Positions 1-9,575 of a stretch of DNA of 64,000 nt are shown in pieces. The notes beneath the pieces were generated by a model. The model did not search any database, had not been told where the DNA came from, and saw only the letters and a list, made by a program, of their open reading frames with translations. The DNA comes from an uncultured Bacilli bacterium. GTDB lineage: Bacteria; Bacillota_I; Bacilli_A; RF39; UBA660. The stretch spans positions 336 to 64,335 of the forward strand of contig CANRBQ010000003.1 of NCBI GenBank assembly GCA_947628905.1. The letters run 5' to 3'. A program made the position numbers and the translations under genes. Numbering within the stretch: the first letter of the stretch is position 1; every line of letters starts with the position of its first letter.

Positions 1-2
1 GA

Positions 3-1274
3 GCTTTAGGAGACGGGAACTATGATTCTTATTGTGTTGTTGATGGTATTAAAAATAATAATGGTATCACTATTGAATATAAAGATGGCGGTGTTAATTT
101 TACGGGAATAAAAAAACAAGGCACTAAATGTTATTTATATTTTGATGTTGGAAGTAGTGATCCTGTTGATAAGACATTAGCGGCATTAAAATTAAATACA
201 TTAGGAACGATTGGAAAAATAACAGGCCCAAGTTGTAATGGAAATAAAAATGAATCGTGTTATACTAGTGGATCACCAGATAATAAGAAAAATAATATGG
301 CAGAAAACGGAGTTTATGATACAGTAGATGATTATGGAAAGACATATGTTTTTCGAGGATTTATTCAAAACAATTGGGTAAAATTTGGTAAAAAAGATAA
401 TGACGATATATGGTGGAGGATTATTCGAATCAATGGAAATGGAACAATCCGATTAATATATGCTGGAACTGGTGCATCTGCTCCAGCGACATATACCAAT
501 GCAACTCAAATAGGAACAAAAGCATTTAATTCAACCTATAGTGATAATAGATATGTGGGATTTATGTATAATACAAATAGCAATAGTAGTCAAGAAGATT
601 TAGGTTCTACTCTTTCAAATAGTACAATAAAAGGAGAATTAGATACATGGTGGGGACAAACAACTTTAGGAAATTCAGGAAATAAAGAAAGAATAGATGT
701 AGATACAGGATTTTGTAATGATCGAAGTTTATCTCCAGTAGCTCATAGAAGTTATCAAGGACCTGGAGGTGGTGCAGGAACTACTCAAACAGCATATGCA
801 CCGGCACATAGAGTATTGCAAAGTGGAGGTACAAGTTGGGATACAACTGAACAAGAACCAACCCTTAAATGTGCTAATCCAAAAAGAGATTTATTTACAG
901 GACCAGGTGCTGCAGCAGGAGGTATTCAAGGAGCAACTAGTAAGATAGAAGGAAATAATAAATTAACTAATCCAGTAGGGTTAATAACTATGGACGAAGT
1001 AATATACGCAGGAGGTTTTGCGGGTCAAAATAATGATGGATACTGGCTATATACAAAACAAAATTATTGGACCATGTCTCCGTTTTGTGCGCACGGCAGT
1101 GGCGATGCTGGCGTGTTCCTTGTGAATTCGGATGGCGACCTTGGTGACAACTTCGTGAACCTCACGTATGGTGTGCGCCCAGTAATAAATCTGAAAGCTG
1201 ATACAGAGATAGATTTTCAAGATCCAGGTGGTGCTGGTACAGGAACAACATCTAATCCATACATAGTTCAATAA
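3..1274 (+). CDS. Anchored surface-protein family, paralog 1 (5' end cut by window edge); C-terminal DUF6273/DUF1566-like lectin-fold module
   Basis: Frame 3 is open from base 3. The translation upstream of the ATG at 297 (..GTKCYLYFDVGSS..TLAALKL..) aligns with paralogs 48509..50026(-) and 61172..63169. Ordered family motifs: DDYGKTYVFRG, NNWVKFG, WWRIIRINGNGTIRLIYAG, YVGFMY, GFCNDR, PTLKC, NNKLTNPVGLITMDEVIYAGG, YWTMSP, GVRPVINLK. The fold assignment is inferred from the YW..SP...GVRP pattern. Confidence 0.8.
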   Translation, partial: ALGDGNYDSYCVVDGIKNNNGITIEYKDGGVNFTGIKKQGTKCYLYFDVGSSDPVDKTLAALKLNTLGTIGKITGPSCNGNKNESCYTSGSPDNKKNNMAENGVYDTVDDYGKTYVFRGFIQNNWVKFGKKDNDDIWWRIIRINGNGTIRLIYAGTGASAPATYTNATQIGTKAFNSTYSDNRYVGFMYNTNSNSSQEDLGSTLSNSTIKGELDTWWGQTTLGNSGNKERIDVDTGFCNDRSLSPVAHRSYQGPGGGAGTTQTAYAPAHRVLQSGGTSWDTTEQEPTLKCANPKRDLFTGPGAAAGGIQGATSKIEGNNKLTNPVGLITMDEVIYAGGFAGQNNDGYWLYTKQNYWTMSPFCAHGSGDAGVFLVNSDGDLGDNFVNLTYGVRPVINLKADTEIDFQDPGGAGTGTTSNPYIVQ

Positions 1275-1294
1275 TTAAATATAAATAATAACTT

Positions 1295-1370
1295 CTTGCC
1301 TAAGTTGCTCTAACTTTTTATTCTTGGGCAAGATTAAATTCCATGCGGGGTTCTCCTCGCTTTTTATTTT
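1295..1370 (+). terminator. Family-conserved 3' element: stem-loop followed by intrinsic terminator
   Basis: 10-bp stem CTTGCCTAAG (1295-1304) / CTTGGGCAAG (1323-1332). GC hairpin GCGGGG-TTCT-CCTCGC (1345-1360) is followed by a T-run. About 71 nt recur almost identically on the minus strand at 48415-48489. Confidence 0.7.
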
Positions 1371-1436
1371 TTCTAAATTTCCAGTATAAAAAATACTATA
1401 TCGTAAATATTAATATTAGAAATGGAGTTGTAGTAC

Positions 1437-1952
1437 TTGAAATCTACTGGCGTTGTTAGAAGAATTGACGAACTAGGAAGAATAGTAATTCCAAAAGAAA
1501 TAAGAAGAAATTTAGGTATTCATGATGGTGAAAATGTTGAAATATTTACCGAGAATGATAGTATTATATTAAAAAAACATAATCGTTTATCTACTATATC
1601 TGATTTAGCTACTAAATTATGTAATATTTTATATAATGAATTTAATTATAAAATAATTATAACAGATAGAGAAAAAGTTTTAGTAACGTGTGGCCTTAAA
1701 GAAAAAATAACCAATACTTTATTACCTCCGGAGTATTTGACTTTAATTGAAGAAAGAGAAATAAAGCAAGAAGAAAATTATACTTTTAAAATAAATAATG
1801 AAGAATTAAAGGGAAACTTCTTATTTATTCCTATCATATCTTTAAATGATAGTTTAGGTCTTATAATTATATACTCTGAAAATCCTTTTACAAATGAGTT
1901 ATCTATTGGTAAATTTATCGCCAGTATTCTTGCTAGCAAACTTGACATTTAA
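1437..1952 (+). CDS. spoVT: AbrB-family transition-state/sporulation regulator, SpoVT-like
   Basis: N-terminal AbrB/SpoVT motif VRRIDELGRIVIPKEIRRNLGI..GE.VEIF. Its 171 aa include a C-terminal extension, as in SpoVT and unlike the ~95-aa AbrB. TTG start preceded by GGAG. Confidence 0.7.
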   Translation: MKSTGVVRRIDELGRIVIPKEIRRNLGIHDGENVEIFTENDSIILKKHNRLSTISDLATKLCNILYNEFNYKIIITDREKVLVTCGLKEKITNTLLPPEYLTLIEEREIKQEENYTFKINNEELKGNFLFIPIISLNDSLGLIIIYSENPFTNELSIGKFIASILASKLDI

Positions 1953-2175
1953 ATAAAATTCGCATATAATAAAAATGCTTAAATGTTGAAGGAACGAGTA
2001 TATATTATTTATGTTAAGAAAGTTCGTGGTTGATGTAAACGAATCTTAAATAATATAGAAGATGACTCTGGAGTTTAATCGATTTACTCGCGTTAAGAGT
2101 TAAAGTGCATGAAAATCATGAATTAAGGTGGTACCGCGGTTATTTTCGCCCTTAGTTTATGGTTTTTATTTGTTT
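1942..2175 (+). promoter_or_regulatory. Promoter plus Met-specific T-box leader of metG
   Basis: TTGACA (1942-1947), 17 nt, TATAAT (1965-1970). T-box sequence AATTAAGGTGGTACCGCG at 2121-2138. Candidate specifier AUG followed by A at 2062-2065 (gaagATGActc) matches the downstream Met-tRNA ligase gene. Confidence 0.8.
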
Positions 2176-2192
2176 TAAAGGAGGATTAAAAA

Positions 2193-3725
2193 ATGAAAGA
2201 AAAATATTATATTACTACCCCTATTTACTATCCTAGTGCTAACTTCCATATAGGACACTGTTATACAACTATTATCGCTGATGCTATTGCCCGTTATAAA
2301 AGATTAACTGGTTATGATGTCTTTTTTCAAACAGGAACTGATGAACATGGTGAAAAAATTGAAAAAAAAGCAAAAGAAACAGGTGTTACCCCAAAAGAAT
2401 ATGTTGATAAAATAATTGAAAATGCCAAAGATCTATGGGCATCTCTTGGAATATCTTATGATTATTTTATTCGTACTACAGATAAAAATCATGAAGAAGC
2501 AGTTCAAAAAATATTCAAAAAATTATATGAACAAGGTGATATTTATAAAGGATCATATGAAGGTTTATACTGTGTTCCTTGTGAATCATTTTGGACTGAA
2601 AGTCAAGCTGTAGATGGTAAATGTCCCGACTGTGGTCGTGAAGTAAAAATGGTAAGTGAAGAAGCATATTTCTTTAAATTATCTAAATACCAAGATAAAT
2701 TAATTAAATTTTATGATGAACATCCTGATTTTATTTTACCTCTATCTCGTAAAAATGAAATGTTAAATAATTTTATTAAACCAGGTCTAGAAGATTTATG
2801 TGTTTCTCGTACTAGTTTTAAATGGGGAATACCAGTTGATTTTGATCCTAATCATGTTGTCTATGTTTGGATAGATGCTTTATCAAATTATATTACATCT
2901 TTAGGTTATCCCGATGAAAATAGTGAATTATTCCAAAAATATTGGCCTGCTGACCTACATTTAGTAGGAAAAGAAATAGTTAGATTTCACACGATTATTT
3001 GGCCTTGTATGCTGATGGCTCTAAATTTACCTCTACCTCATCAAGTATTTGGTCATGGTTGGTTAAAAATAGATGGAGGAAAAATATCTAAAAGTTTAGG
3101 TAATTATAAAGATCCAAGAGAATATATTAAAGAATATGGAGTAGATGCTGTAAGATATTATGCTTTAAGAGAAGTACCATTTGGTAATGATGGCAATTTC
3201 TCCGAAGAAGCTCTTATATCCAGAACTAATGCCGATTTAGCTAATACTTTAGGTAATTTAGTTAATCGAACTATTAGTATGGCTCATAAATATTTTGATG
3301 GAATAACTTCTAATCCTAAAATAAATGAAGAAATAGATAATAAGTTAATAACTAAAGTTACAGCATTAAAAGATATTGTAGAAACCAAAATGAATGAACT
3401 AAAAGTAAATGAAGCTATTGATGAAATCATGGAAGTATTGCGTTTATGTAATAAATATATAGATGAAACAACCCCTTGGTCTTTAGCTAAAGATGAAACT
3501 AAAAAAGATCGTCTTGCTACAATTATATATAATCTACTTGAAAGCATCAGAATATGTGCCATTTTATTAAGTCCTTTCATACCTACAACTTCAAACAATA
3601 TTTTAACAGAACTTAATACTCAAGAAACAAATTATAAAAGTATATCTAACTTTGGCACTTTAGAAGAAAATATTAAATTAAATGAACCTAAAATACTATT
3701 TAATCGTATTGAAATAAAAAATTAA
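2193..3725 (+). CDS. metG: Methionine--tRNA ligase (short form, no C-terminal tRNA-binding domain)
   Basis: Class I signatures PSANFHIGH (HIGH) and KISKS (KMSKS). Zn knuckle CVPCESF..CPDCG. GGAGG RBS. Confidence 0.95.
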   Translation: MKEKYYITTPIYYPSANFHIGHCYTTIIADAIARYKRLTGYDVFFQTGTDEHGEKIEKKAKETGVTPKEYVDKIIENAKDLWASLGISYDYFIRTTDKNHEEAVQKIFKKLYEQGDIYKGSYEGLYCVPCESFWTESQAVDGKCPDCGREVKMVSEEAYFFKLSKYQDKLIKFYDEHPDFILPLSRKNEMLNNFIKPGLEDLCVSRTSFKWGIPVDFDPNHVVYVWIDALSNYITSLGYPDENSELFQKYWPADLHLVGKEIVRFHTIIWPCMLMALNLPLPHQVFGHGWLKIDGGKISKSLGNYKDPREYIKEYGVDAVRYYALREVPFGNDGNFSEEALISRTNADLANTLGNLVNRTISMAHKYFDGITSNPKINEEIDNKLITKVTALKDIVETKMNELKVNEAIDEIMEVLRLCNKYIDETTPWSLAKDETKKDRLATIIYNLLESIRICAILLSPFIPTTSNNILTELNTQETNYKSISNFGTLEENIKLNEPKILFNRIEIKN

Positions 3726-3749
3726 TTGCTTTAAAAATAAGCAATTTTT

Positions 3750-4283
3750 TTATATTAAATGTATTATACCTAAAATAAAAAGAATAATAATACCAATAAT
3801 ATTTGCATATATTCCAAGTATTTTATTTGCACATCTTCCAATAATAACACCCATAAAAGTAAATAAAAAACTACATAAACTAAAAATACTCATAGCTAAA
3901 TATATATTACTCGTAATTGCTTTTATTCCCATACCAACCGAAAAACTATCAATACTAACTCCTAAAGCAAATAAAAACATTCCTATTAATGATAAATTAA
4001 ATTTTTCTTCTTCATGTTTAATAACATCAATAAGCATTTGTATAGCAATTATAATAAGAATAATACCAAGTAATATTTCTGTTTTTAACTCAAATAATTG
4101 CACTAACTTACTACCTAGTATCATTCCTATAAAAGGCATTATAAAATGCATAATACCCACGATTAAAGATAATTCTAAAGCTTTTTTATTAGGAGTATTA
4201 AACATCCCTACACTTAATGATAAAGAAAAAGTATCCATACTAAGTGCTATTCCAATTAAAATAATACTAAATAATTGTCCCAT
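3750..4283 (-). CDS. mntP: Manganese efflux pump MntP family (DUF204)
   Basis: Six-TM protein with the duplicated motif LSMDTFSLSLSVG / VSIDSFSVGMG, typical of MntP. Confidence 0.8.
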   Translation of the reverse strand: MGQLFSIILIGIALSMDTFSLSLSVGMFNTPNKKALELSLIVGIMHFIMPFIGMILGSKLVQLFELKTEILLGIILIIIAIQMLIDVIKHEEEKFNLSLIGMFLFALGVSIDSFSVGMGIKAITSNIYLAMSIFSLCSFLFTFMGVIIGRCANKILGIYANIIGIIILFILGIIHLI

Positions 4284-4324
4284 AAAAAAGCCTCCTAAAA
4301 AAATTTATTAGGAAGCCCTATTAT

Positions 4325-4828
4325 TTAGAACTTATCAAGCAATTCTTTAACATATAATTTATATTTTACTTCTCCTACATCTTCTTTTTCATTATCTAAT
4401 AAACATAAAGGAGGAAAAAGAACACACCAGAAATTATCTCCTAACCCCTCCCCTAAAGTTATAACTAAAGACTCATAATTACCAGCCGGGTATATAACCC
4501 CTTTATAATTTTTATTAGGAAAATAATTATAACCATATTTAATATCATATTTAACATTATATTTATCTATAATATTTTCTATTTCCTGAATATTATTTTT
4601 TAATATATTATCAACTTCTTCTTTATTTTTAACCCCCATTATTAATTTATAAATATCTTTTTCTATATTATCTTTAATTATTAACTTTTCTTCTTGATCT
4701 TTAACACTATTACTATTAGCAATTACTCTAAATCTAATCGCATTATTAGGTATTAAAATATCTTTTTCTTTAGTATTAAAAATTAATATTAAACTTAATA
4801 TAAATAATATAATAATTCCTTTTTTCAA
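4325..4828 (-). CDS. spoIIR: Stage II sporulation protein R
   Basis: Signal anchor, IRFRVIANSNS..DQEEKL.IKD, and C-terminal NFWCVLFPPLCL motif characteristic of SpoIIR. Confidence 0.8.
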   Translation of the reverse strand: MKKGIIILFILSLILIFNTKEKDILIPNNAIRFRVIANSNSVKDQEEKLIIKDNIEKDIYKLIMGVKNKEEVDNILKNNIQEIENIIDKYNVKYDIKYGYNYFPNKNYKGVIYPAGNYESLVITLGEGLGDNFWCVLFPPLCLLDNEKEDVGEVKYKLYVKELLDKF

Positions 4829-5034
4829 AATATATCACCTAAAATTATTAAGAATTAAAAAAAATATTTTATTCAAATTTAAAGTAAATTCCTAAAATGA
4901 TTGACAAAGACCTATTTTTTAAGATATATTATATTTAGTAATTTATTAAAAAATTATAGCACCAAAAAAAATATAAAACATAAAAAATAGTATAAGAGCC
5001 TACTTATACCACATAGAAGTAAGGGTGTGTTAAA

Positions 5035-6288
5035 ATGAAACAAATGATAATTGAAGGAAATCATAAATTAAAAGGAACTATTGAAATAGGAGGCGCTAAA
5101 AATAGTGCTGTTGCTTTAATTCCCGCGGCTATATTAGCTAAAGGAAAATGTATTATTAAAAATGTTCCTAATATTTCTGATCGTGATGCTTTAATTGATA
5201 TTTTAAAATTATTAAATTGTGATGTAACATTAGAAAGTAATATCTTAACAATTGATTCAACAAATTTAAAAAATGCTCCAATTGGTGCTGAACTTTCAAA
5301 TCGTCTAAGAGCTTCATATTATTTTATGGGAGCTTTATTAGGTCGTGAAAAATATGTTGAAATTAATATTCCTGGTGGTTGTAATATTGGTTCTCGTCCT
5401 ATAGATATGCACCTTGAAGGATTTAAAGCTCTCGGGGCCACGATTGAAACTCATAAAGATAAATATATCTTAAAAGCAGATAAACTTATTGGAACAGATA
5501 TATTTTTAAGATTTCAAAGTGTTGGGGCGACCATTAATTTAATTCTTGCAAGTGTTTATGCTGAAGGAACAACTATTATTCATAATGCTGCCTGTGAAGC
5601 AGAAATAATTAATATAATCGATTTTCTAAATAATATGGGAGCAAATATTAAAGGTGCTGGTTCAAGTACTATAACTATAACCGGACCTACAAAACATCAT
5701 GATGCTGAAATAACCGTTTTACCTGATAGAATAGAAGCAGGCACTTATATTATTCTGGGGGCTTTATGTGGTGATAATCTTTGTATTAAAAATATTATCC
5801 CAGCCCATTTAGAAGCTCTAACTACAAAATTAAAAGAAATGGGAGCTAACATAAAAATAAATAATGATAGTATCATTATTAGTGAAACCAAAGATTTAAA
5901 ACCTATTAATATTAAAACTTTAGTCTATCCAGGATTTCCTACCGATATAGGGCAACCTATGAGTGTTTTACTAACTCAGTGTCATGGAACATCTTTATTT
6001 GAAGAAACTATCTGGGAAAATAGAATGGGCCATGTTCCATCTCTAAATAAAATGGGAGCCAAAATCAAAGTAAATGGTATGAGTGCCATTATTGAAGGAC
6101 CAACTAAACTAACTGGTAAAGAAGTTATTGCAACCGATCTTCGAGGAGGAGCAGCCCTAGTTCTTGCCGGGCTTATCGCAGAAGGAACAACTATTATTAC
6201 CGATGTAGAACATATCTTAAGAGGATATGAAAACATCGTTACTAAACTAACTAACGTTGGTGCTAAAATTGAACTTAAAGAAATATAG
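5035..6288 (+). CDS. murA: UDP-N-acetylglucosamine 1-carboxyvinyltransferase
   Basis: 417 aa. GAKNSAVALIPAA and the active-site loop GGCNIGSRPID (catalytic Cys). Collinear with MurA over its full length. Confidence 0.95.
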   Translation: MKQMIIEGNHKLKGTIEIGGAKNSAVALIPAAILAKGKCIIKNVPNISDRDALIDILKLLNCDVTLESNILTIDSTNLKNAPIGAELSNRLRASYYFMGALLGREKYVEINIPGGCNIGSRPIDMHLEGFKALGATIETHKDKYILKADKLIGTDIFLRFQSVGATINLILASVYAEGTTIIHNAACEAEIINIIDFLNNMGANIKGAGSSTITITGPTKHHDAEITVLPDRIEAGTYIILGALCGDNLCIKNIIPAHLEALTTKLKEMGANIKINNDSIIISETKDLKPINIKTLVYPGFPTDIGQPMSVLLTQCHGTSLFEETIWENRMGHVPSLNKMGAKIKVNGMSAIIEGPTKLTGKEVIATDLRGGAALVLAGLIAEGTTIITDVEHILRGYENIVTKLTNVGAKIELKEI

Positions 6289-6319
6289 TATATTGTACTA
6301 TATTTTTTTGAGGTGCTTT

Positions 6320-6991
6320 ATGAAGAAAAAACTTCTAATTATGACTTTAGTTTCCTCTGTTTTAACCTTTATAATTTATAATATTACCCGTGATAATACT
6401 ATTACTATTGTTTCAATTGGCGATGGACTATCTCTTGGTATGACTCCATATGATATAAAAGGTAAAAGTTTTAATGATTATTTAAAAGAAGATTATGAAA
6501 ATAAACAAATATTAAAAAAATACATCCCAGATTTTGCTAGTCCTAACAAAACTATTAAAGAACTAATATATGAAATAAAAGAAAATAAAGCTTTAACTAT
6601 TAATGATACTAAAATTGAAATCAAACAAGCTATTCATGAAGCAGATATTTTAACTATTGCTATAGGTTTAGATGAATTAACAAAAATAAATATTACTTCT
6701 GAAATTAGAAAGGAATTTACTACCAATTTTGAAGAATTATTAAGTATAATAAAAGAACTAAATAATAATAAAGTTTATGTGTTAAGTATCTATCCTACAA
6801 AAGAACATGATTTATTAGAAATAGCTAAAATAAATGCTATAATAAGAGACATTAGTATATCTAAATCTTTTACTTTTATTGATATAAGTAATTCTCTTAA
6901 AGAATCATACTTTTTATCTAAGAATAGCCATTATATAAATTATGAAGGTCATAAAAAAATATATGAAGAAATAAAAAAGACTATGAAATAA
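6320..6991 (+). CDS. Secreted/anchored SGNH (GDSL-like) hydrolase family protein
   Basis: ATG at 6320 gives MKKKLLIMTLVSS, a signal-like N-terminus. Block I-like motif IVSIGDGLSLG. Starts in the ORF track upstream of 6320 overlap murA. Confidence 0.5.
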   Translation: MKKKLLIMTLVSSVLTFIIYNITRDNTITIVSIGDGLSLGMTPYDIKGKSFNDYLKEDYENKQILKKYIPDFASPNKTIKELIYEIKENKALTINDTKIEIKQAIHEADILTIAIGLDELTKINITSEIRKEFTTNFEELLSIIKELNNNKVYVLSIYPTKEHDLLEIAKINAIIRDISISKSFTFIDISNSLKESYFLSKNSHYINYEGHKKIYEEIKKTMK

Positions 6992-7095
6992 TAAATTATA
7001 CTTGTAACTAATAATACTCTTTAGTATAATTAAACTAATAAAGGGCTAGTAAAGACTTTAAATTTTTACTAGTCTTTTTTTAGGAGTTGATTTTA

Positions 7096-8964
7096 GTGAT
7101 TGTCTTTTCTTGTCTAAAAAATGAATTTATGACTTATGTAAGAGAAGAAACTATAAGTAATAAAGTTTATGATGCTTATAAAGAAATATTTAATAAAAGA
7201 ACTAAATTAAGTCAAATAAAAGCTTGGGCTAATAGCTTACCTCATATGGCAGGAATAATCTCAGATTTACCAGAAAATACAGGTATAACAATTGAATATG
7301 GTATACCTCTTACTAGTAAAAGTATTGATATGGTTATAAGTGGTTATGATTTAAATCATAAACCTATAATTATAATTGTCGAACTTAAACAATGGTCTTA
7401 TACTAAATTAATTAAATCAGTAGATGGAGTAGTAAGAACTCAAATTAATAACAAAGAAAAAAATGTTCTTCATCCTGCTTATCAAGTCTTATCATATGCT
7501 GAACTTTTAAAAGGTTATAATCTAACTATTGCTAAAGATAATATATCTGTTATTCCAACTGTCTATCTTCATAACTATGATTTAAATATTAATGATCCTT
7601 TATATAATAATAAATATAAACCCTATTATCAAAAAATTTATATGTATGGTCGTAATGAAGCTTTAGAATTTAAAGAATTAATAACTAGTTTAATAAAATA
7701 TGGGGATAACTTAAATATTATTAACAAAATAGATAGAAGCCCTATAAAACCTACTAAAAAATTATTAAACGAAATAATAAATATGACTAAAGGCCAAAAA
7801 GTCTTTAATTTATTAGATGAACAAAAAGTAATCATGGAAGAAATAACTAAATTAGCTCATCAAAGTTTTATTGAAAATAAAAAACAGACTATTATTATTA
7901 AAGGAGGCCCAGGAACAGGTAAATCAATTCTGGCTATTAATGCTTTAGGAGAACTATTAAAAATTGGTTTAATGGGTGCCTATGTATCTAAAAATATGGC
8001 TCCAAGAAAAGTTTATAAAAACATGATAACAAATGGTTCTAATGAAATAAGTATAAATGAATTATTTAAAAGTTCTAGTTATTTTTTTCATGTTAACCAA
8101 AATAAATATGATTTTTTATTAGTAGATGAAGCTCATCGTCTTCAAGAAAAATCTGGATTACATAATAATTTAGGAGAAAATCAAATTAAAGAAATTATAA
8201 ATGCTAGTAAATTAAGTGTCTTTTTTATCGATGAAAAACAAGCAATAACTGTTAAAGATATAGGAACAATAAAAAATATTGAATATTATGCTAAAATCTT
8301 AAAATCTCGTATTAGTACTTATGAATTAACAAGCCAATTTCGTTGTAATGGCAGTGATAATTATCTAGGTTTTATTGAAGCATTACTATACAATAAAAAA
8401 GAAAAACCAAAATTTAATTTTGATTTTCAAGTCATAGATTCACCTCAAGAACTAAAAGATATAATAACCACCAAAAATACTAATAATAATGCTCGCCTCA
8501 TCGCTGGCTTTTGTTGGCCTAGAAAATCATTCACTGCCGATAATCAAGACTATCATGACATAAAAATTGGTGATTTTTCTATGAGTTGGAATCTAAAACA
8601 TGGTGAACCATTTGCTACAAGAGAAAATGCTATTAATGAAATAGGATGTATTTATAATGTTCAAGGTTTAGAATTTGATTATATTGGTGTAATAATTGGC
8701 CCTGATTTAAAATATCAAAATGGCAAAATAATTACGGATTATAAAGCCCGAGCTAATACTGAAAAATCATTATATGGTCTCCAAACAAAAATAAAAGAAG
8801 ATAAACAAAATAAAGAATATTATGAAAATATTGCCGACACTCTTATTAGAAATACTTATAGAGTATTACTAACAAGAGGAATTAAAGGCTGTTATGTTTA
8901 TGCCTGCGATCCAAAATTACAACAATATTTAAAAAGAATGGAAACTCATAAATTACATTTATAA
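7096..8964 (+). CDS. DUF2075-family nuclease-helicase-like ATPase (Schlafen-type helicase core)
   Basis: N-terminal PD-(D/E)XK-like SIDMVISG..IIIIVELKQW. Walker A GGPGTGKS, Walker B LLVDEAHRL, FFIDEKQ, SQFRCNGS. GTG at 7096 sits 9 nt after AGGAG; the start is uncertain (range 7087-7129). Confidence 0.75.
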   Translation: MIVFSCLKNEFMTYVREETISNKVYDAYKEIFNKRTKLSQIKAWANSLPHMAGIISDLPENTGITIEYGIPLTSKSIDMVISGYDLNHKPIIIIVELKQWSYTKLIKSVDGVVRTQINNKEKNVLHPAYQVLSYAELLKGYNLTIAKDNISVIPTVYLHNYDLNINDPLYNNKYKPYYQKIYMYGRNEALEFKELITSLIKYGDNLNIINKIDRSPIKPTKKLLNEIINMTKGQKVFNLLDEQKVIMEEITKLAHQSFIENKKQTIIIKGGPGTGKSILAINALGELLKIGLMGAYVSKNMAPRKVYKNMITNGSNEISINELFKSSSYFFHVNQNKYDFLLVDEAHRLQEKSGLHNNLGENQIKEIINASKLSVFFIDEKQAITVKDIGTIKNIEYYAKILKSRISTYELTSQFRCNGSDNYLGFIEALLYNKKEKPKFNFDFQVIDSPQELKDIITTKNTNNNARLIAGFCWPRKSFTADNQDYHDIKIGDFSMSWNLKHGEPFATRENAINEIGCIYNVQGLEFDYIGVIIGPDLKYQNGKIITDYKARANTEKSLYGLQTKIKEDKQNKEYYENIADTLIRNTYRVLLTRGIKGCYVYACDPKLQQYLKRMETHKLHL

Positions 8965-8968
8965 AATA

Positions 8969-9511
8969 TTAAAAACTTCTCTTCTTATGAACTTTATATA
9001 CTCCATAACCTGATGCTGCTCCACCCATTATTAATAACCCTAATATAGTATCTTCATCCCCATCATCATTATCTTTATTTTCTTCATTAACATAAGTAAC
9101 ATCTTTTTTATATTCACAACTACCATCATCTTTTTCTGCTAAAGAATTATAGTTTATAGCATTTGTATCTGTACATCCTAAAACATAATAAATACAACTA
9201 TCATCACTCATATCTGCTTTAGGATTATAATTTTTAGCTTCTTTATCCATGCATCCTTTTATATAGTAAGTACAACTGCCATCATCACGTGTTGCGCTAC
9301 TATTATAATTCTTTGCGCTTTTATCCGTACACCCATATACATATGCTGGTGTACAAGTACAAGATTTGCTAGTAGTTCCATCATTACATAATTGCATACC
9401 ACTTGAGGAACAACCAGCTACTCCTCCATGATGAGAACAACAACCACTTCTTGCCTGTACCTTAACAATTGGTATTAATAAAAGAATAAAAAATAATAAC
9501 CATTTTTTCAT
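8969..9511 (-). CDS. Small Cys-rich, C-terminally anchored surface protein with three GC.D..A.NYN..A..DDGSC.Y repeats
   Basis: Signal peptide MKKWLLFFILLLIPIVKVQA (Met 21 of the ORF, GAGG RBS). CCSHHGGVAGC motif, three tandem ~25-aa Cys repeats, acidic linker and a TM anchor. Confidence 0.6.
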   Translation of the reverse strand: MKKWLLFFILLLIPIVKVQARSGCCSHHGGVAGCSSSGMQLCNDGTTSKSCTCTPAYVYGCTDKSAKNYNSSATRDDGSCTYYIKGCMDKEAKNYNPKADMSDDSCIYYVLGCTDTNAINYNSLAEKDDGSCEYKKDVTYVNEENKDNDDGDEDTILGLLIMGGAASGYGVYKVHKKRSF

Positions 9512-9575
9512 TTTTACCTCAACTCCATAATTCAATTTTATCACAAAATAAAAGAGTAAACTATATGACATTACT

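Noticed and set aside
1080-1180. Paralog 2 (28678-28790) or paralog 4 (62995-63096) acting as the template for the A-poor patch of paralog 1
   Set aside because: Codon-by-codon comparison shows many differences at non-adenine positions and an indel. The segments are diverged paralogs, not a TR/VR pair.
1295-1332. Integron attC-like sites after each surface-protein paralog
   Set aside because: The imperfect inverted repeats downstream of ORFs are reminiscent of attC. However, there is no IntI integrase, each gene has its own promoter and regulator, and the copies are dispersed rather than arrayed.
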